The notes under the pieces: generated by a model | Database searches by the model: none | Told to the model about the DNA's origin: nothing | The model's input: the letters and a program-made list of their open reading frames with translations, nothing else | Shown: positions 34,523-44,100 of the stretch, piece by piece | How the letters are laid out: every line of letters begins with the position of its first letter | Position numbering within the stretch: position 1 is the stretch's first letter | Translations under genes and position numbers: made by a program | Origin: Candidatus Woesearchaeota archaeon | GTDB lineage: Archaea > Nanobdellota > Nanobdellia > Woesearchaeales > SKIA01 | Assembly (NCBI GenBank): GCA_046704725.1 | Contig: JBJKRI010000002.1 | Location: 18,285-82,284, forward strand | DNA length: 64,000 nucleotides | Reading direction: 5' to 3'

Positions 34523-36820
34523 ATGGCGACAGGATTCTCGTACGAGGTGGTCCGACAAGGGCAGGATACCATCCTGCTCGTGGACGCGGAGAAAGCGCTC
34601 ATCGTCCCGAGCATCGAGGACAATCCCGAGTGCATGGCCGAAGCGGTCGACCAGCTCGTGGAGAACAGGGGTGTCACCAAGATCGTCTACACGCAGAAGC
34701 AGGACTACGAGTATCCCTACGACCAGACCCAATTGCTCGCCGAGCTCGCGAAGACGTACCGCGTCCTCGTCCACGAGAAGCACGCGACATACCAGGCCTT
34801 GCAGGTGCCGGGCATCTCCGAACAGGTCGCGAGCCAGCGCTACGCCTTCCTGCAGGATATCATCCACAACGAGCTCACGCGCGACCCCCTCGGCGCGTAT
34901 CTCTTGCTCCGCCGCGAACAGCGAAAAGCCACGATCGCGCGCGACAAGAGCATCAGCGACGCCGACGAGAAGGGATGGAAGGTCTATATCACCGCATTGG
35001 AGCGCATCATGGGATTGCTCGAGAAGACCGCGCTCATCCAGCAGGTCAAAGACCAGCTCGAAGGGGTGTCGGTCGGCGACCGTTCCTTGTACCGCAAGGT
35101 GTTCTTCCCGCAGATCAAGCCCGACTTCATGTTCACCAAGGTCATGGCGCAGTACCCGCGCGGCGGTCAGGAGGTGGATTCCTACGCCGTCGGCGAGACC
35201 GAGGTCGTCGTCTTCAAATTGCCGGACACCGTGCAGTACCTCTATCACGTCACGCCCCCCGAGTTCAAACTGCCCGAGGAGCAGTACGACCTGCTCGACA
35301 CCGCGCGCAAGATACTGTCCGAGCACAAGCCTACCGAGGACGACTTCGTCGACCCCGAACGCATGCGCGACGTCTTCGCGAACGTGGGCAGCGACCTGCT
35401 CGAGGAGCTCGCGCTCAAGCGCGACATGGAACTGTCCGAGGAGGAGCTCGAGAAGCTCACGCGCATCCTCATCCGCTACACCGTGGGCTTCGGGCTCATC
35501 GAGGTCCTCCTGGAGGACCCGCGCATCCAGGACATCACCGTGAACAGCCCGACCGGGCGCACGCCCATCTATCTCGTGCACGACACCTACGAGGATTGCC
35601 TGACCAACATCCTGCCGACGATCCCCGAGGTCGAGTCGTGGGCGTCCAAGCTCCGCATGATCAGCGGCCGGCCCCTCGACGAGGCCAATCCCGTGTTGGA
35701 CGCGGACATCACGATCCCTGGCGCCGCGAAAGCGCGTGTCGGCGCCATCGGACGACCGTTGGATCCCGGCGGGCTCGCCTTCGCCTTCCGACGACACCGC
35801 GACAAGCCATGGACGTTTCCGTTGTTCATCGACAACGGCATGATCAGTCCCCTCGCCGCCGGACTGCTCTCGTTTCTCATCGACGGCAACCGCACCTTCC
35901 TCATCGCCGGCACCCGCAGCGCGGGCAAGTCATCGCTCCTGGGCAGCTGCATGGTTGAGATCATGCGCAAGTACCGCATCATCACCATCGAGGACACCCT
36001 CGAGCTTCCCGGACCGCAGTTGCAGGACCTGGGCTTCAACCTCCAGCAGATGAAGGTCGCCTCCGCGTTGGCCAAGGGCTCGTCGGAGGTCCCTGCGGAC
36101 GAGGGCATCAGAACGACGTTGCGCTTGGGCGACAGCGCTCTCATCGTGGGCGAGGTGCGCAGCGAGGAGGCCCGCGCCCTCTACGAGGCCATGCGTGTCG
36201 GCGCGTTGGCCAACGTGGTCGCGGGCACTATCCACGGCGACAGTCCCTACGGTGTGTACGACCGCGTCGTCAACGACCTGCGCGTGCCGCGGACCAGCTT
36301 CAAGGCCACCGATATCATCGTGGTCGCGAACCCTGTCCGCTCGGCCGACGGCCTGCATCGTGTGCGTCGCGTCACCGAGATCGCCGAGGTGCGAAAGCTT
36401 TGGGAGGAGGACCCGCTCGAGGAGAACGGCTTCGTCTCGTTGATGCGCTACAATCCGGAGACGGATACCCTCGAGCCGACCGACGCGCTCATCAACGGCG
36501 AGTCCGAGATCATCAAGGCCATCGCCGGCGCGGTGCGCGAGTGGGCTGGTGATTGGAGCGCGGTCTGGGAGGAGATCCAGCTGCGTGCGGAGCAGAAAGC
36601 GATGATCGTGCAGGCGGCGCGCGACGACAACGAACCGTCGTACCTGGAGGCGCCTTTTGTCATCGCGGCCAGCGACGCGTTCCACCGCATCAGCGAGGAG
36701 GCCCGCGCGCAGTCGAAAGAGAATGTATCGGAGAGGATAAAGCGTGAGTTCACCATATGGCTCGAAAGGGCGCGGCAGCAGCCTCGACAACCTGAAGCAA
36801 GAAGTCGAGCAGCGGCTTAA
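34523..36820 (+). CDS. type II/IV secretion system ATPase, FlaI/PilB/GspE family (archaeal pilus or archaellum-type), 765 aa
   Basis: Walker A LIAGTRSAGKSSLLG. Asp/His box IVGEVRSEE. Long N-terminal extension. Confidence 0.8.
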   Translation: MATGFSYEVVRQGQDTILLVDAEKALIVPSIEDNPECMAEAVDQLVENRGVTKIVYTQKQDYEYPYDQTQLLAELAKTYRVLVHEKHATYQALQVPGISEQVASQRYAFLQDIIHNELTRDPLGAYLLLRREQRKATIARDKSISDADEKGWKVYITALERIMGLLEKTALIQQVKDQLEGVSVGDRSLYRKVFFPQIKPDFMFTKVMAQYPRGGQEVDSYAVGETEVVVFKLPDTVQYLYHVTPPEFKLPEEQYDLLDTARKILSEHKPTEDDFVDPERMRDVFANVGSDLLEELALKRDMELSEEELEKLTRILIRYTVGFGLIEVLLEDPRIQDITVNSPTGRTPIYLVHDTYEDCLTNILPTIPEVESWASKLRMISGRPLDEANPVLDADITIPGAAKARVGAIGRPLDPGGLAFAFRRHRDKPWTFPLFIDNGMISPLAAGLLSFLIDGNRTFLIAGTRSAGKSSLLGSCMVEIMRKYRIITIEDTLELPGPQLQDLGFNLQQMKVASALAKGSSEVPADEGIRTTLRLGDSALIVGEVRSEEARALYEAMRVGALANVVAGTIHGDSPYGVYDRVVNDLRVPRTSFKATDIIVVANPVRSADGLHRVRRVTEIAEVRKLWEEDPLEENGFVSLMRYNPETDTLEPTDALINGESEIIKAIAGAVREWAGDWSAVWEEIQLRAEQKAMIVQAARDDNEPSYLEAPFVIAASDAFHRISEEARAQSKENVSERIKREFTIWLERARQQPRQPEARSRAAA

Positions 36821-38864
36821 CCAGGAGCTCGGGGAGGCGCAGGAGGTATCGAGCAAGGAGTACGTGGAGTTCAAGCGCGACAACGTGCCGATCCATCACT
36901 CCTTGTACGAGCGTGCCTGCCGATTCGCCGGCAAGACCCTGCCGATATCCGGCGGCAAGCGCGAGAAGGATATCGCGGCGTACCTTGCCGCGGCGCACGT
37001 GGATTGCAGGCCGGGCGACACCGTCTCGCTCGCGCTGCTCGCGCCTATCGTCGTGGTGTTCTTGAGCATCGTCCTCACCGTCTTCGTCCCGTACTCCCTT
37101 GGCGGCAGCCTGTCGTCGTACTGGTTGTTGTTCTCTCTCATCCTCGGCGTGATGGCCTACATTCCCCTCAAGAACATGCCGCAGTTCCTGGCCATGCGCT
37201 GGCGCCAGCAGGCCTCGAACCAGATGGTCATCGCGGTCTTCTACATCGTCACGTTCATGCGTCACACCCCGAACCTCGAGCTCGCGCTCGAGTTCGCCGC
37301 CGACCACATCGGCGCTCCCCTCGCATTGGACCTCAAGAAGGTGCTCTGGGACGTCGAGACCGAGCGTTTCCAGTCCGTGACCGAGAGCCTCGAGGATTAT
37401 CTCGTGCAGTGGCGCGACGACGCGCGCGAATTCATCGAGGCATTGCACCTCGTGCAGTCCTCCTTGTACGAGACCTCGAACGACCGCCGCCTCTCCAGCC
37501 TGGACAAGTCTCTGGACGTCATGCTCGAGGAGACCTATGAGAAGATGCTGCACTACGCCCAGGACCTGAAGGGGCCCATGACCATGCTGCACATGCTCGG
37601 CATCGTGCTGCCCATCCTCGGCTTGGTCATCCTGCCGCTCGCCGTCTCCTTCTTCGAGACGAGCTGGACGATCATCTTCAGCTTCTACAACATCATCCTG
37701 CCCTTCGCGGTCTACTACCTTGGAAGGCGCATCCTCGCCACGCGCCCGACGGGCTACGGCCAGTCGGACATCGCCGCCGCGCAGCTCAATACCGCGAAGA
37801 AGAAGTTCGCGTCCCCCGCCTTCAAGGCCTTCGCCCTCGCGGCCGTGCTGTTATTCATCGGCGTCTCGCCCCTCATCATCCACGCCGCTTCTCCCACCTT
37901 CGACGCGCACATCGGCAACTTCAAGCTCCTCGGCTACCAGAACGAGAACGGCGTCTTGAAAGGGCCTTTCGGCCTCGGCGCCGGCTTGCTGTCCCTGCTC
38001 GTCACGCTCGCCGCCGGTCTGGGCCTGGGCATGTTCTACCGCTCGCGCGCCAAGGACCTCATCAAGCGGCGGGACGAGACGCGTCGGCTCGAGAGCGAGT
38101 TCGCTTCGGCATTGTTCCAGCTCGGCAACCGTATCGGCGACGGATCGCCTTCGGAGATCGCCTTCTCGAAGGTGGCGGCGGTCATGGAGGGGACCACCGC
38201 GGGCCGCTTCTTCGCGCTCGCCTCGAACAACATCACCTCGCTCGGCATGGGCGTGAAGGACGCCTTGTTCGACCCGCACCGCGGCGCGGTCACGCAGTTC
38301 CCCTCCGCCCTCATCGAGTCGAGCATGAAGGTGCTCGTCGAGTCGAGCAAGAAAGGCCCCGTCGAAGCCTCGAAGGCGTTGATGAGCATGTCCAATTACA
38401 TCAAGGAGATGCACCGCGTGGACGAGCGGCTCAAGGACCTCTTGTCCGACGTGCTCTCGAGCATGAAGAGCCAGATCAACTTCCTGCTCCCGACCATCGC
38501 GGGCATCGTCATCGGCATCACGAGCATGATCACCACCGTGCTCGGCGCGATCCACACCCAGGAGCAGCAGCTCGGCAGCACGGGCGGGGCCGGTTCCTCT
38601 TCCCTGGGTATCGGCTCGAACCTCTTCCATCTCGGTGTGCCCACGTATTTCTTCCAGATCGTCGTTGGCTTGTACGTCGTGCAGGTCACGTGGATACTCG
38701 CGTACCTCATCAACGGTGTGGAGAATGGCATCGACCCCTTGTCAGAGGATTGGACCCGCGGCAAGTCTTTGCTGTACGCGACCATCCTCTACACGGTCAT
38801 CGCGCTCGTCATCATCCTCATCTTCAACGTGATCGCCGGCCAGATCATGTCGAGCCTCGGCTGA
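36744..38864 (+). CDS. FlaJ/TadC-like (T2SS F domain) polytopic platform membrane protein
   Basis: 706 aa with multiple transmembrane helices and two cytoplasmic helical domains. Directly follows and overlaps the ATPase gene. Confidence 0.7.
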   Translation: MSSPYGSKGRGSSLDNLKQEVEQRLNQELGEAQEVSSKEYVEFKRDNVPIHHSLYERACRFAGKTLPISGGKREKDIAAYLAAAHVDCRPGDTVSLALLAPIVVVFLSIVLTVFVPYSLGGSLSSYWLLFSLILGVMAYIPLKNMPQFLAMRWRQQASNQMVIAVFYIVTFMRHTPNLELALEFAADHIGAPLALDLKKVLWDVETERFQSVTESLEDYLVQWRDDAREFIEALHLVQSSLYETSNDRRLSSLDKSLDVMLEETYEKMLHYAQDLKGPMTMLHMLGIVLPILGLVILPLAVSFFETSWTIIFSFYNIILPFAVYYLGRRILATRPTGYGQSDIAAAQLNTAKKKFASPAFKAFALAAVLLFIGVSPLIIHAASPTFDAHIGNFKLLGYQNENGVLKGPFGLGAGLLSLLVTLAAGLGLGMFYRSRAKDLIKRRDETRRLESEFASALFQLGNRIGDGSPSEIAFSKVAAVMEGTTAGRFFALASNNITSLGMGVKDALFDPHRGAVTQFPSALIESSMKVLVESSKKGPVEASKALMSMSNYIKEMHRVDERLKDLLSDVLSSMKSQINFLLPTIAGIVIGITSMITTVLGAIHTQEQQLGSTGGAGSSSLGIGSNLFHLGVPTYFFQIVVGLYVVQVTWILAYLINGVENGIDPLSEDWTRGKSLLYATILYTVIALVIILIFNVIAGQIMSSLG

Positions 38865-38875
38865 ACCCACGTTCC

Positions 38876-39001
38876 ATGCTCCTTATATACAGGTGTTTAC
38901 ATAAGGTGTACGTGGCTCGATGCGCGCGTTGCGGACGCCTCGATGACGAGGAAGCGATTCCCGGGGTGCCATACTTCTGCGAGGACTGCGCGGAGGACTA
39001 G
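38876..39001 (+). CDS. tiny 4-Cys zinc-ribbon protein
   Basis: CARC...CEDC; about 41 aa inside track ORF 38690..39001. Confidence 0.2.
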   Translation: MLLIYRCLHKVYVARCARCGRLDDEEAIPGVPYFCEDCAED

Positions 39002-39453
39002 TCCCAGGCCTTGTTGAGCTTCCGCATCAGGATGAACGCTCCGAGATGGTAGGCGTTGTGCTGCGCCACGATGAACAGGCAACGCAGAACGGTGTGCTTC
39101 TCGCTGCTCGGCACTCTTTCCTCGAGGTCGGCTTGTTTCGCGATCTCGATGAGCTTCTCGCGGTCCCTCTTGAATGCCGCGATGGTCTGGTCCCAGGTGG
39201 CTTGGTCCGCTTCTCCCTCCGGCCAGTAGTCCGCGGGCCATGATCGCCCCTCGTAGTCTTTCTTCGTGATGTAGTCGAGCATGTCCTCTTGCGCCCTGCG
39301 CATGTGCTCGAGCAGTTGCCAGAACGTGTACTCCACGTTCGGCGCTCCCTCGTTGTACAATGCCGGTGGAAGGTCCTCGACGGCTTTGTCGAACGGCGCG
39401 TGCGCCCCCTTGCTCTCCAACATCCTGACGAGCTGTTCTCGGAGTTCTTCCAT
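38998..39453 (-). CDS. DinB/YfiT-like (DinB_2) family protein
   Basis: 151 aa, ...FWQLLEHMRRAQED...AYHLGAFILMRKL... four-helix pattern. Confidence 0.65.
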   Translation of the reverse strand: MEELREQLVRMLESKGAHAPFDKAVEDLPPALYNEGAPNVEYTFWQLLEHMRRAQEDMLDYITKKDYEGRSWPADYWPEGEADQATWDQTIAAFKRDREKLIEIAKQADLEERVPSSEKHTVLRCLFIVAQHNAYHLGAFILMRKLNKAWD

Positions 39454-39576
39454 GTGTACCGCATATGCTATGATGCCTTAAACCTTCTGGAGAATGGGCT
39501 CGCCCGGATTGCTCGCATCCGAAGGATGCGATGCCGCAAGGACCTCGGTCCGTAGCGCTTCGAATCCGAAGAGCGA

Positions 39577-39648
39577 TGGGCTCGCCCGGATTCGAACCGG
39601 GGACAACCCGATCTTCAGTCGAGTGCTCTCCCGCTGAGCTACGAGCCC
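39577..39648 (-). tRNA. tRNA-Phe (anticodon GAA)
   Basis: Reverse complement GGGCTCGTAGCTCAGCGGGAGAGCACTCGACTGAAGATCGGGTTGTCCCCGGTTCGAATCCGGGCGAGCCCA folds as a cloverleaf (7-bp acceptor, GCTC/GAGC D-stem, anticodon loop CTGAAGA, TTCGAAT T-loop). No encoded CCA. TTTTAAA box about 27 bp upstream. Confidence 0.85.
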
Positions 39649-39668
39649 GTACGCCTGCGGAACAGGCT

Positions 39669-39678
39669 GCGCCTTTAA
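39669..39678. promoter_or_regulatory. TATA-like box (TTTTAAAGG) for tRNA-Phe
   Basis: Position -27 relative to the tRNA 5' end on the minus strand. Confidence 0.5.
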
Positions 39679-39736
39679 AAGGTGTTCGTCTGCGCAAATC
39701 CGAAAAGCATTCAAATGCCCGCTTGTCGCCAACCAT

Positions 39737-40558
39737 GTGGACTTCAAGCCGCTGGACCGGTACATCGACAAGCATCAGTTCGATCCCGAGCTGGAGATCG
39801 CGTACGGCAGGCGCGAAAAGGACGATCGGATCGTCGAGAAGTTGGCGGCCCCGCACCTGCCCCTTGCTATTAGTTTCGCCCATAGCTATTCGCGCCGCGG
39901 TTATCACGATCTCGAACAGGATCTTGAACAGGTGGCGATGATGGCGTTGTACGAGGCTGCGTGGAAGTATGACGGAAGGGGAAAGTTCACCTCATATGCC
40001 ATGTGGTTCGTGCGAAAGAACATCTTCAACTGCATCAATGACGCAGGCCGGACCGTGCGGGTTCCGCGTAACGTCTATTCAATCCTACGCAAGAGTAGAC
40101 GCCTTTTCGACGCAGAGATCGCGAAGGGTAAGAATCGGTCTGAAGCGCGCGCCGTGATCGCCGGCAGAATCAAGAACGAAGCCATCGTGGAGATGGTCGT
40201 TTCGGGAACGGGCATTCAGAGTCTTGACGCGCTTGCCTACTCGGATGGCACGCAGACGCGTCTTGATAACCTCGCGGATTCGGGGCCCGGTCCTGTCAGA
40301 CGGTTATTCCGCGGCATCAGGAATGAGGATCTCGCAATCGCGCTCCAGCGGGTCGAGGAGAGGGGAGAGCCTCATTCTCGCTACATCCGGGTCATACGCA
40401 AGTACTACAATCTTGATGGTGATGGCGACTTCACGCTTAAACGAATCGGGAGCATGCTTGGCCTGACTGAGGACCGCGTGCGGCAGCTGCGCAACAAGGG
40501 GCTGCGGGCATTGCGGCCGATTCTCGAAGAGATGGGCTATGACCGTGCGGCGGCCTGA
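39737..40558 (+). CDS. sigma-70 family RNA polymerase sigma factor (FliA/group-3-like size, 273 aa)
   Basis: Region 2 DLEQVAMMALYEAAWKYDGRGKFTSYAMWFVRKNIFNCI aligns with the consensus DLIQEGNLGLMKAVEKFD..KFSTYA.WWIRQAI. RTVRVPRNVY also matches. Region 4.2 TLKRIGSMLGLTEDRVRQLRNKGLRALR. Confidence 0.85.
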   Translation: MDFKPLDRYIDKHQFDPELEIAYGRREKDDRIVEKLAAPHLPLAISFAHSYSRRGYHDLEQDLEQVAMMALYEAAWKYDGRGKFTSYAMWFVRKNIFNCINDAGRTVRVPRNVYSILRKSRRLFDAEIAKGKNRSEARAVIAGRIKNEAIVEMVVSGTGIQSLDALAYSDGTQTRLDNLADSGPGPVRRLFRGIRNEDLAIALQRVEERGEPHSRYIRVIRKYYNLDGDGDFTLKRIGSMLGLTEDRVRQLRNKGLRALRPILEEMGYDRAAA

Positions 40559-40894
40559 CTACTCTTCGTCGTCTTCGCTCTTCTCTTCGGCTTCGGGCTC
40601 TTCGGAGCCGTCCGCCTTCTCGAGCGAGCCGTAGCGTCCAGCGGTCAGTTGCTTGTCGCCTTGCCACTCGTTCACGTAGCCGTTGACGACCTTGACCACG
40701 TCGCCGACCTTGAAGCGGTCCACGTCCTCGTTCCATAAGGTGAGGATGATCTTTCCCGAATCGTCCTCGAGCACGCTGTTGGCGACCTTGCCTGGCCGGC
40801 CGAATTTCTGGAATTCCCTCGCGGGAGATATCTCGAGGATCTTGCCCTCGACGTTCACGTTACCTTGTTTGGGCTGCAATTCACTGATTTTCAC
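40559..40894 (-). CDS. OB-fold nucleic-acid-binding protein with acidic C-terminal tail
   Basis: ...VEGKILEISPAREFQKFGRPGKVANSVLEDDSGKIILTLWNE... OB pattern with a terminal EEPEAEEKSEDDEE. Confidence 0.5.
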   Translation of the reverse strand: MKISELQPKQGNVNVEGKILEISPAREFQKFGRPGKVANSVLEDDSGKIILTLWNEDVDRFKVGDVVKVVNGYVNEWQGDKQLTAGRYGSLEKADGSEEPEAEEKSEDDEE

Positions 40895-41161
40895 TGCCGA
40901 TCACCTGTCGGGGCGAGAGTCATGCCATATATAAGTGTTCTCGCAGGGACTTTTTCGGTCTTTCCAACTATTCGGTCCGTATCATACAAGAAAGTGTATG
41001 GCGCAAGCCCATGCGCAAACGAGCCCCTGTATACTTCGACAATCCTTTGAAGCGGCCGTATTCTGACTGTCCGTACAGTAGGTTTATAAGCGAATATGAC
41101 TTCCCGGCCCAAACGGTGTGACCACTCGCCGGTTGCGTGGGTTGCATTGGGGGAATGGTTC

Positions 41162-44100
41162 ATGGGGAACAATAGTCATACAACACACACACGTCTCGCT
41201 CTCACCGCTCTTCTCATCCTCGCTTCGCTGGGCTTCGCGCTCGGCGCCGCCGGACAGGCATCGGCCGCCGTCTTCGTGCCGCTGCCGTTGCAGGTCGGCC
41301 CTGGACAGCAGTACCACAGCATCCAGGCCGCCATCGACAACGCCTCGAACGGAGATACCATCGATGTCGCCCCCGGCATCTATAATGAAACCCTGACCCT
41401 CGACAAGAACCTCACCCTCCTCGGCAACCAGAACGGTATCCCCGCCTGCGGTCGCATCGCCACAGAGACCATCATCAACGCTTCCAGCGGCAACCTCCTC
41501 ACCCTCCAGGGAGGCAGCGCAGGCTCGGTCATCGACGGCTTCACCTTCATGGGCGGCAACAAACAACTCCAATCAACGAGCGGCCCCATCGACGACGTCC
41601 AGATCCTCAACAACCGCTTCGTCGGTTTCACCGGATCCGCGATCTTCCTCAATGACCAGGGCAAGGATATCACCATCCATCAGAACTCCATTGACGGTTC
41701 TTCGACCACCGGGTCGGGCGGGATGCTCCACCTCGATACCGATAGTTTCTCCGGGATGCAGATCACGAACAATTGCCTGTTCAACGCCTCGGGCCGGACA
41801 GGATTGTTCGTGGACGGCAGCAACAATGTCGATCCGAGCGCCGACCGGAACCCGCTCATCGCCAACAACCTGTTCGACGGTCTGGACACCGGGGCGAACC
41901 TCGGACACAACGCTTTCACCGGTGGCGACATCACGAACAACACCTTCAGCAACAACGAGTATGACGGCCTGCAGGGCGGCATACAGCACACGACCATCTC
42001 GTTCAACAAGTTCCACGACAACGGACGCTTCGGAATCGATCTGACGAGCTTCGGCAGCACCAACGTGAATCGTGGCGCGCAGTACGCGAACGTCGTGGAG
42101 AACGACTTCTCCGGCAATGGCTTCTCACACGACGGCGCAGGTATTATACTGAGCAACGGCCAGGCATCAGGCACCATCGCCACGAATGTCGTGCACGAGA
42201 ACAACATCACCGGCAACAGGCAAGGAGCGATCTATACCGGCTCCGAGAGCGTCGACCTCATCCATAACTGGTGGGGAGACGCCACCGGCCCGTCCGGCGA
42301 CGGACCTGGCACCGGAGACGCTGTCAGCGGTTCGAACATCGAGTATGACCCGTGGCTGTGCAGTCCTGCGTTCACCTCGAACATCAGCATCAACGGAACC
42401 TGCGCGCAGCCCCAACCCTCGTGCACCGAAGTCCCGAAGGAATGCAGCGAGCGCACCTATCCGCTTAATGCGCTTGCCGGCGTCCACCATGGGGACCACG
42501 TCCAGGAGGACCGCTCCAACGATCCTAGCACCGGAAACAACCCGTACGACTTCTGCGGGCCGATGACCTTCACGATCCCCTCGACCATCCACACCACCAA
42601 CGGCCTGAGCCCGGATCAGTGGATCACGCTCCAGTTCAGCAACTCGACCGACAACGTCACCTGCGTCTACCACGACTCGAGCTCGCACCACGACCACGGG
42701 AGCAGCCAGCACTGGGACCTCGTCGGGTGCTACGCGGACTACAACGGTGCGACGCCGCCTGACCAGAGTTCCATCTATAAGGGAGGCGACAGCATCTCCG
42801 CCACGCATGTCCAGCTCAACATCACCGGCCAGAAACCTGAGGGCAGGGCGAACGCCCACGTGAACCTCAAGTCCGTCTGCGGTGATCCGACGCCCTCCTG
42901 CCAGCAGCCTGTCACGTGCGAGCAGGCGGTCCAGCAGGGCCTTCTCTGGGCGGACATGAACAGCGACGGCAGCGCGGTCATCCACAACAATGCGAACACG
43001 ACCTTCGAGGTCGGCATCGCGTCCTATAATATGTACAACAGCCTCAACGACCTCGGCGGCTGGGGGCTCGACACGCAGACCCTCTATGATTACATGCTCG
43101 CGAACGTGAGCAAGCAGAGCACATCGGAGCTCAACGTGGAGATCCCTGAGTGCAAGGCACAAGTGGACGTCTTCTGCTTCAACACCACCGAGAACAGCCC
43201 CATCACGCACTTCAACCAAGAGAACGGCACGTGGTACCATGGCGTGGGCAACTTCATCAACTCCACCTTCGTGGGCGAGAGCTACTGCACGAACCAGACG
43301 ACTCCGTCGTGCCAGCAGAATACCACGACGACTATCATCGTGAGCGATAACCAGGCCATGGTGAACGGCACCAACGCCGTCCCGACATGGGTCTCGACCG
43401 AGTATTGGTCGGCCGTGATCCCGAACGCGACGTGGATCTGGAGCTCGTACTACGTGCAGGACCCGCGCAACGGCGCGGTCAAGAACTTCACCCGTACTTT
43501 CACACTGCCCGGCAACGTGACGGACGCGAACCTCATGATCGCGGTGGACGACTACTATCGCGTCTGGTTGAACGGCAATCTCATCGTCACGAACAACGAT
43601 CCCAACAACTTCAGATCCAGCGGGCAGGACTATCTCGACAACTTCTCGTCCTACCTGCATCCGGGAAGCAACACGGTGGTGTTCGAGGTCACGAACATGG
43701 CGGCGAATACCGACAGCCCGACGGACAATCCTGCTGGACTGCTCTATCGCCTGAACATCACGACCGACACCTGCGGTGGCGGCAACGGACGTTCCTACTG
43801 CGGCGACGGTATCATCAACCAGGAGACCGAGCAGTGCGACGGCAGCGCCCCGGCGGGCTACACCTGCACGAACGAGTGCACGCTCGAGAGAAAGCCGTTG
43901 TTCACCTGCAACGGCGACATCGCCTACCTGGACACCGCTGCCTCCAATCAGAGCGTCCTGTATTCCGTGAACACGACGACCGGTATCGGCACGCTCAGCC
44001 ATGTCTTCCCTGAGGCGATGCGCAGCGTCGTCGCGGCGGACCACAACGGCACGCTCTACAGCATGCTGCCCAACGGCAGCAACACTGGCGATCTGATTAT

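Noticed and set aside
41096-41161. Upstream extension of the giant protein ORF (MTSRPKRCDHSPVAWV...)
   Set aside because: The signal-peptide-like hydrophobic segment begins right after the internal Met at about 41162. The upstream 22 codons are not signal-peptide-like.
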